Position numbers and translations under genes: made by a program. From Eubacteriales bacterium (lineage in GTDB: Bacteria > Bacillota > Clostridia > Oscillospirales > CAG-272), in the NCBI GenBank assembly GCA_045580085.1, contig JAZNND010000038.1, forward strand, positions 38,410 through 102,409: a DNA stretch of 64,000 bases, written 5' to 3'. The notes beneath the pieces are model-generated. The model did not search any database, was not told where the DNA came from, and saw only the letters and a program-made list of their open reading frames with translations. Shown here in pieces: positions 58,783 through 64,000 of this stretch. Numbering within the stretch: the stretch's first letter is position 1; each line of letters starts with the position of its first letter.

Positions 58783-60138
58783 ATGAGAAGACTTTTTGGA
58801 ACGGACGGTGCACGCGGCATCGCCAATGAATTTTTAACGCCGGAGATCGCTATGGGCATCGGAAGAGCCGTTGCCACCGTGCTTTCGAGCAATCAGCGTT
58901 ATCGCCCCATGGTGCTTATCGGTATGGACACCCGTATTTCTTCCGAGATGCTGGCTTCCGCTTTGCATGCCGGTCTTTGCTCGGTGGGCGCGGATGTGCT
59001 TGACGTTGGCGTTGTTCCCACACCCGCTGTGGCTTATTTGGTGAAAAAATATCGCGCGGACGCGGGCATTATGATATCCGCGTCACATAACTCTTATGAA
59101 TTCAACGGCATCAAGATCTTTTCTTCCGACGGCTTCAAATTGCCGGATGAGTTGGAAGAGCGCATTGAGGCGATTGTGCTTGATCATTCCCCCGCCCCCG
59201 TTCTTGCCGCGGGTGATAAGATCGGCAGAGTACGTAAGAGTGAAAACGCGGTTGCGGACTATATTGATCATTTGCGCCGCACGGCTTTCAACGATCTTTC
59301 AGGGCTTAAGATCGCAATCGACTGCGCCAACGGATCCGCTTCCGCTACGGCTGAGGAGCTCTTCACCTCCATGGGGGCTGTATGCCATATGCTCCATCAT
59401 ACGCCCGACGGTGTAAACATCAACGACAAGTGCGGTTCGACGCATTTGGAATCCTTGAGAGAATATGTGTGCGCCAACGGTATGGACGTGGGTGTTGCAT
59501 TTGACGGAGATGCCGACCGCCTTCTTTGCATTGACAACGAGGGAGAAGAGGTTGACGGCGATATGATTATGGCAATCCTTGCCAAGGATATGCAATCACG
59601 CGGTGTTTTGCGCCGCGGAACGGTTGTCGGAACGGTTATGACCAATCTCGGCTTTACCAAGTTTTGCGATGAAAACGGCATCAAGTTTATCGCCGCCAAG
59701 GTGGGCGACCGATATGTGCTTGAGATCATGAATTTGGATGGCTACAGCTTTGGCGGTGAGCAATCGGGGCATGTAATCTTCCGCGATTATGCCACTACGG
59801 GCGACGGTCAGCTGACGGCATTACAGCTTCTTTCTTACATAAAGAGAGAGGGCAAACCGCTTTCAGAGCTGAAAAAGGTTATGCGCCGCTATCCGCAGTG
59901 CTTGGTTAACATCAAAACGACACCTGAGGGCAAGCTTGCCTTCTTTACGGACAAAGAGATCTCGGGTATCTTAGAGCAAGCAACTGCATTCTTGGGCGAT
60001 CGCGGCAGACTGGTGGTGCGTCCTTCGGGCACGGAGCCGCTTTTGCGTGTTATGGTGGAGAGCGAGACGGAGGAAGAAACCAACCGTGTTGCGCATGAGA
60101 CCGCCGACAAGATCAAAGAAAGACTTTCACAGTATTAA
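58783..60138 (+). CDS. glmM: Phosphoglucosamine mutase
   Basis: MRRLFGTDGARG and the active-site ISASHN. Confidence 0.92.
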   Translation: MRRLFGTDGARGIANEFLTPEIAMGIGRAVATVLSSNQRYRPMVLIGMDTRISSEMLASALHAGLCSVGADVLDVGVVPTPAVAYLVKKYRADAGIMISASHNSYEFNGIKIFSSDGFKLPDELEERIEAIVLDHSPAPVLAAGDKIGRVRKSENAVADYIDHLRRTAFNDLSGLKIAIDCANGSASATAEELFTSMGAVCHMLHHTPDGVNINDKCGSTHLESLREYVCANGMDVGVAFDGDADRLLCIDNEGEEVDGDMIMAILAKDMQSRGVLRRGTVVGTVMTNLGFTKFCDENGIKFIAAKVGDRYVLEIMNLDGYSFGGEQSGHVIFRDYATTGDGQLTALQLLSYIKREGKPLSELKKVMRRYPQCLVNIKTTPEGKLAFFTDKEISGILEQATAFLGDRGRLVVRPSGTEPLLRVMVESETEEETNRVAHETADKIKERLSQY

Positions 60139-60149
60139 AAGGAGATTTT

Positions 60150-61985
60150 ATGTGCGGAATTATTGGTTATACAGGAAAAAGAGATGCGCGTGAAGTGGTG
60201 ATTGCCGCTTTGTATTCCCTCGAATACCGCGGTTATGATTCTGCGGGAATGACGGCGTTTAATGCCGAAGATCGGCTTTTGACCTTGAAGAGCGTCGGCA
60301 AAATCAAGGCTTTGGAAGAAAAACTGCGCACTGACGCCGCGTTTTCCGGCGGAGAAATGCACACTGCCATCGGGCATACGCGTTGGGCAACTCACGGCGC
60401 GCCCACCGATTACAACTCCCATCCCCACGGCACGGACCGTGTGATGTTGGTACATAACGGTATCATTGAGAACTATGCGGAAATCAAGAGCGAGCTTTTA
60501 AAAAAGGGGTATACCTTCCGTTCTGAAACGGATACCGAGGTTGCCGCAGTGCTTTTGGATTCTCTTTATACGGGCGATCCGCTTGGTGCGATTCGCGCGT
60601 TGACGGAGCGTTTAAGAGGTAGTTTTGCCTTTGGCGTTTTGTTTGCCGACCGCCCGGGAGAGCTGTATGCGACAAGAAGCGGAAGCCCTTTGATCATTGG
60701 CATCGGAGAAAATGAAAACTTCATTGCTTCCGATATCACAGCCATTTTGCGCTATACCAAGCAATACGTTTCGTTGGATGAGGGCATGATCGCGCTTGTG
60801 AAAAAGGATGACGTAGAGGTCTTTAACCGCAAGGCGAACAAGATTGAGCATCATGTGGATACGGCGCATTGGGATGTGCACGCGGCTGAGCGCGGCGGCT
60901 ATCCTCATTTTATGAAAAAAGAAATTTTTGAAGAACCCGATGCGGTCAGAAAAACACTTTCGCCCCGCATTTTAAACGGTATGCCCGATTTTTCGGATGA
61001 GGGGCTTGATACCGAGCGCATTGCCAAAGCGGAAAAAATCACGTTGGTTGCATGCGGTACCGCTATGCATGCGGCGTTTCTCGCCAAGCTTTTCTTTGAA
61101 AAGTATGCTCGCATTCCGACTGCGGTGGAAATCGCTTCCGAGTTCCGCTATGCCGGTCCCATCATCGGAGAAAAGGACATTATCATTGCAGTTTCGCAAT
61201 CGGGTGAAACCGCCGACACGCTTGCCGCACTTCGCTTGGCAAAATCCAAGGGCGCGTACGCGCTCGGCATCGTCAATGCCGTGGGCTCCACGATCGCGCG
61301 GGAAGTAGACACTGTGCTCTATACCTGGGCGGGCCCCGAGATTGCTGTAGCTTCCACCAAGGCGTATACCGTGCAAGGCTCCTTGTTCTATCTTTTGTCT
61401 CTTGCGCTTGCGCGCGTGCGCGGTGCAATGACGGATGAGCAGATCAAGCACTATACGGATGCTGTTTATCGTTCTTTGCCCGATGCCATTGCGTCTATCT
61501 TGAAGCGGGAAGATGAGATCCGCAAGGAGGCGGAAACGCTCAAAGAGACCGGAGATCTCTTTTTCATTGGCAGATGCGCCGACTACTACGGTGCGCTTGA
61601 GGCTTCGCTCAAGCTCAAAGAGATCTCGTATATTCATAGCGAAGCCTATGCCGCGGGCGAGTTAAAACACGGTACCATTTCCTTGGTTGAAGAGGGAACA
61701 CCCGTGGTGGCTCTTTCCACCGTCAAGGCACTTGAGGAAAAAATGTGCAGCAATATTAAGGAAGTCAAAGCACGCGGCGCAAAGGTTCTTTCTTTTGTAT
61801 CGCATGATGCGGAGATTTTTCATGCCGTTTCGGACGGCATATTCCGCTTGCCGCCTATAGAGGAGGATATCGCTGTTCTCGCGCTCGCAACGGCATTGCA
61901 GCTTTACGCATATCATGCTGCCGTTTGCAGAGGGTGCAGTGTGGATCAGCCTCGCAACCTTGCCAAATCGGTTACGGTGGAATAA
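60150..61985 (+). CDS. glmS: Glutamine--fructose-6-phosphate aminotransferase
   Basis: It has the N-terminal MCGIIGY, two SIS domains and the C-terminal KSVTVE. Confidence 0.95.
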   Translation: MCGIIGYTGKRDAREVVIAALYSLEYRGYDSAGMTAFNAEDRLLTLKSVGKIKALEEKLRTDAAFSGGEMHTAIGHTRWATHGAPTDYNSHPHGTDRVMLVHNGIIENYAEIKSELLKKGYTFRSETDTEVAAVLLDSLYTGDPLGAIRALTERLRGSFAFGVLFADRPGELYATRSGSPLIIGIGENENFIASDITAILRYTKQYVSLDEGMIALVKKDDVEVFNRKANKIEHHVDTAHWDVHAAERGGYPHFMKKEIFEEPDAVRKTLSPRILNGMPDFSDEGLDTERIAKAEKITLVACGTAMHAAFLAKLFFEKYARIPTAVEIASEFRYAGPIIGEKDIIIAVSQSGETADTLAALRLAKSKGAYALGIVNAVGSTIAREVDTVLYTWAGPEIAVASTKAYTVQGSLFYLLSLALARVRGAMTDEQIKHYTDAVYRSLPDAIASILKREDEIRKEAETLKETGDLFFIGRCADYYGALEASLKLKEISYIHSEAYAAGELKHGTISLVEEGTPVVALSTVKALEEKMCSNIKEVKARGAKVLSFVSHDAEIFHAVSDGIFRLPPIEEDIAVLALATALQLYAYHAAVCRGCSVDQPRNLAKSVTVE

Positions 61986-62070
61986 AACAAAAGTTTACAA
62001 AAACAACTTGAAAAAAATGCTCCGCTTGATAAAATAATAAGCGGAGCATTTTTTTAGGAGGGAAGTTTGG

Positions 62071-62724
62071 ATGACGGATATTCGGTATGCGATCTTTGAT
62101 ATGGACGGTACGCTTGTAGACAGTATGGTGTATTGGCTCGGTGTTTTGGATGAGCTTTTGGCAGAAAAGGCTCCGGATGTGAAGATTCCGGAACAGGTTC
62201 GACAAGAGATACAGACCATGGGCCCTGCGCGCACAGAGGCGTATTTGAAGGAGATCGGCGTGCTTCCCGCGCATGTCGTTTTGGACGATGATACTGCGCT
62301 TTCTATCATGCGCCGTCATTATGAAAAGGATATCCCCATAAAAAACGGAGTGAAAGCTCTTTTGGAAGACCTCAAAGCCAAAGGAGTTCGCATGGGCGTT
62401 GCTACCTTAACGCCGCGTGCTTTGGTGGATGTGTGCTTGAAACGGCATGGTCTTGACGGCTATTTTGAATTTTTCTACACCTCGGATGAATATCCCGAAG
62501 GCAAACGGGAGACAAGGATTTTTTTAGATGCCGCCCGCCATTTCGGAACGGCGTGCGAGAATATATGGCTTTTTGAGGATTCGCTTTACAGCGTTAAAAC
62601 AGCAAAAAGCTTGGGAATTTCCGTTGCTGTCACCGAGGATGAGGAGCAAAGACTGCATTTTGCCGAGTTATATGAGATCGCGGATGCCTATTTCAAAAAT
62701 GGGTTTACGGAACGGGTGAAGTGA
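62071..62724 (+). CDS. HAD-IA family hydrolase
   Basis: Motif I is AIFDMDGTLVDS, with a later FEDS. Confidence 0.8.
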   Translation: MTDIRYAIFDMDGTLVDSMVYWLGVLDELLAEKAPDVKIPEQVRQEIQTMGPARTEAYLKEIGVLPAHVVLDDDTALSIMRRHYEKDIPIKNGVKALLEDLKAKGVRMGVATLTPRALVDVCLKRHGLDGYFEFFYTSDEYPEGKRETRIFLDAARHFGTACENIWLFEDSLYSVKTAKSLGISVAVTEDEEQRLHFAELYEIADAYFKNGFTERVK

Positions 62725-62740
62725 TATTATTGACTTGAAA

Positions 62741-62771
62741 GGGGCTACCTTAACGGGGTAGCTCCTTTTTT
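62741..62771 (+). terminator. Rho-independent terminator
   Basis: GGGGCTACC / GGTAGCTCC (one G-U pair), followed by TTTTTT. Confidence 0.7.
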
Positions 62772-63000
62772 AATTTGCAAAATATTCAAGCAAGAGTTTT
62801 TGGGTGATGGTATACTATACACAGAAGCAAAGTAGTTGTTTTCGATTTTTAACATTCTAAATGCAAATAAATTGTAAATACCAAACTTGTTTGAAGAAAA
62901 ACGGGGGGGAGCATCGGTATTATATTGCAAAGAGGTATAGGGCACCTCTTTAGAAAAAAGAAAGGATGCAATTTGTAATAGCAAGTTGCGAGGAAAAAAC

Positions 63001-63625
63001 ATGAAAAAAATATGTACCTTTTCATTGGGTAAACAGTAGCTTGTGGGAAGAACTTTATGATTATGCCGTGAATCCGAGCCTCATTTTCGGGGAGGAGGTC
63101 GAGGTTAGGAATGTTTATTGCTTTACTGCCGACTACAGAGAATTTTATAATCCGACGGGTTTTGAGTACGGGCACGATTGCGCGATCTATTATGTAACGA
63201 ATTACGGTGACTATGTGCTATATACCCCTAACACCAATGAATGGAACGGGCTTTTTGGCGAGCTTTATATGTTCTCAGCCCAAGAGTTTCAAGCATATAC
63301 CACTGCGCTCGGCTCGCATGTAGCGGCAGAACGCGAGGCGGGTGTTTCGGAATATACGCGCCCCGCGCCCGAAGGGTTTGGTTTTACCGCACATACGCTT
63401 GCGTCTTTTGTGACGCCGCCCGAAGTACCCGAGAATCCCGAAGTGCCTGAAAATCCAGAAGTTCCCGAGGAACCGAACGCGCCGGCGGAGCTTCCTTCCG
63501 TGTCCGCGAATAGCGACATGGGTGAGAAGGGTATTTCTTATTTTTGGATTCCTTTTGCTGCTGTAGGTGCTGTTGCCGTGGTCGGTATTGCGGTATTCCT
63601 TTTTGTACGAAAGCGAAAACAATAA
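63001..63625 (+). pseudogene. C-terminally membrane-anchored protein, out of frame after an A7 tract (frameshift or phase-off state)
   Basis: The ATG at 63001 has GAGGA 6 nt upstream. It is followed by A7 (63004-63010) and hits a stop at 63037. The long ORF (63041-63625) lies in the +1 frame, is open back to 63005, and has no SD of its own. Confidence 0.5.
63419..63472 (+). repeat. Three tandem 18-bp coding repeats (PEVPEN / PEVPEN / PEVPEE)
   Basis: CCCGAAGTACCCGAGAAT, CCCGAAGTGCCTGAAAAT, CCAGAAGTTCCCGAGGAA. Confidence 0.85.
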
Positions 63626-63630
63626 TATAG

Positions 63631-63676
63631 AAAACGGATATTCTTTACCGAAAGGCAAGGGATATCCGTTTTTTGA
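63631..63676. terminator. Bidirectional terminator-like hairpin
   Basis: AACGGATAT ... ATATCCGTT with flanking A and T runs, between convergent genes. Confidence 0.5.
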
Positions 63677-63686
63677 AAAGTATTCT

Positions 63687-64000
63687 TTATTTTGGTGCGT
63701 ATACCGTCATGGAAACACCGGTGTCTCGTACCAAGACGGTACGAGGGAGGGAAAGAAAGCGCATCGATACAAACAGATCTCCTGCAGCCCCCGATACGTT
63801 GATGACTTGAATAAGATAGATAATCCAAAGCCATGCCGGTGAGAGGGGCAAAAGCAATTGCAAAAGAGCAAGCAAGACACCAAATAAGAGGACAGGTGCC
63901 AGGGCAACGATGATATACTGCCACTTGCCGAAATAGTCCTTTTCACTGCCTGCAAAGGCATAAATGCCCGTGAAGCCGAAACGCGTATGCGTGGCTCCGA
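63687..64000 (-). CDS. Integral membrane protein, 5' end beyond the window (DUF3267-like guess)
   Basis: By my hand translation the frame stays open from 63998 down to the stop at 63687 (...GATHTRFGFTGIYAFAGSEKDYFGKWQYIIVALAPVLLFGVLLALLQLLLPLSPAWLW...). The track shows only the part after an internal TTG. Confidence 0.45.
   Translation of the reverse strand, partial: GATHTRFGFTGIYAFAGSEKDYFGKWQYIIVALAPVLLFGVLLALLQLLLPLSPAWLWIIYLIQVINVSGAAGDLFVSMRFLSLPRTVLVRDTGVSMTVYAPK

Noticed and set aside
63041-63043. TTG at 63041 as the genuine start of the 194-aa ORF
   Set aside because: It has no SD. A strong SD + ATG lies 40 nt upstream in another frame, separated by an A7 tract, so the frameshift interpretation is preferred. 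The TTG start cannot be excluded.

Overview
This 64-kb chromosomal segment reads like a Clostridia-class Firmicute. My guess is Oscillospiraceae/Ruminococcaceae-like, which I cannot verify here. Most of it is ordinary core and glycan-use DNA.

Core genes: folT-folC behind a THF riboswitch, rsuA-like, tex, rbsK, miaA, recA-recX, rpsO-pnp, mnmG, and glmM-glmS.

Glycan-use genes: an MsmX-like ATPase, a GH95 fucosidase, a GH2 beta-galactosidase, a BNR sialidase-like protein, a sugar-phosphate isomerase, an MFS transporter and an AraC regulator.

Accessory or unusual parts:
1. A visibly AT-rich left edge (1-2241) carries a sigma / DUF4367 anti-sigma pair and an intact IS30-family element with 16-bp inverted repeats and a CTATT direct repeat.
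2. A 9.6-kb gene encodes a 3203-aa secreted protein with five LamG-like modules, a beta-helix, Listeria-Bacteroides repeats and a C-terminal dockerin. It is followed by a tandem-repeat/palindrome array, a cohesin-like + LRR protein gene and an untracked 39-aa acidic micro-ORF.
3. An HPr-kinase-like P-loop protein is paired with a PqqD-like protein, with no RiPP maturase nearby.
4. A DUF4062/TIR-like domain is fused to a coiled coil and TPR array, and its gene is translationally coupled to lacZ.
5. A DUF6062 Cys/His-rich protein is paired with a membrane-spanning SMC/Rad50-like ATPase, with no nuclease partner.
6. A 56-nt two-hairpin element is repeated just 3' of two glycosidase genes.
7. A membrane-protein gene is thrown out of frame by an A7 tract directly after its start codon.

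I saw no rRNA, tRNA or CRISPR array. Many long antisense ORFs in the track are artefacts. All domain calls come from reading motifs by eye; no searches were run.
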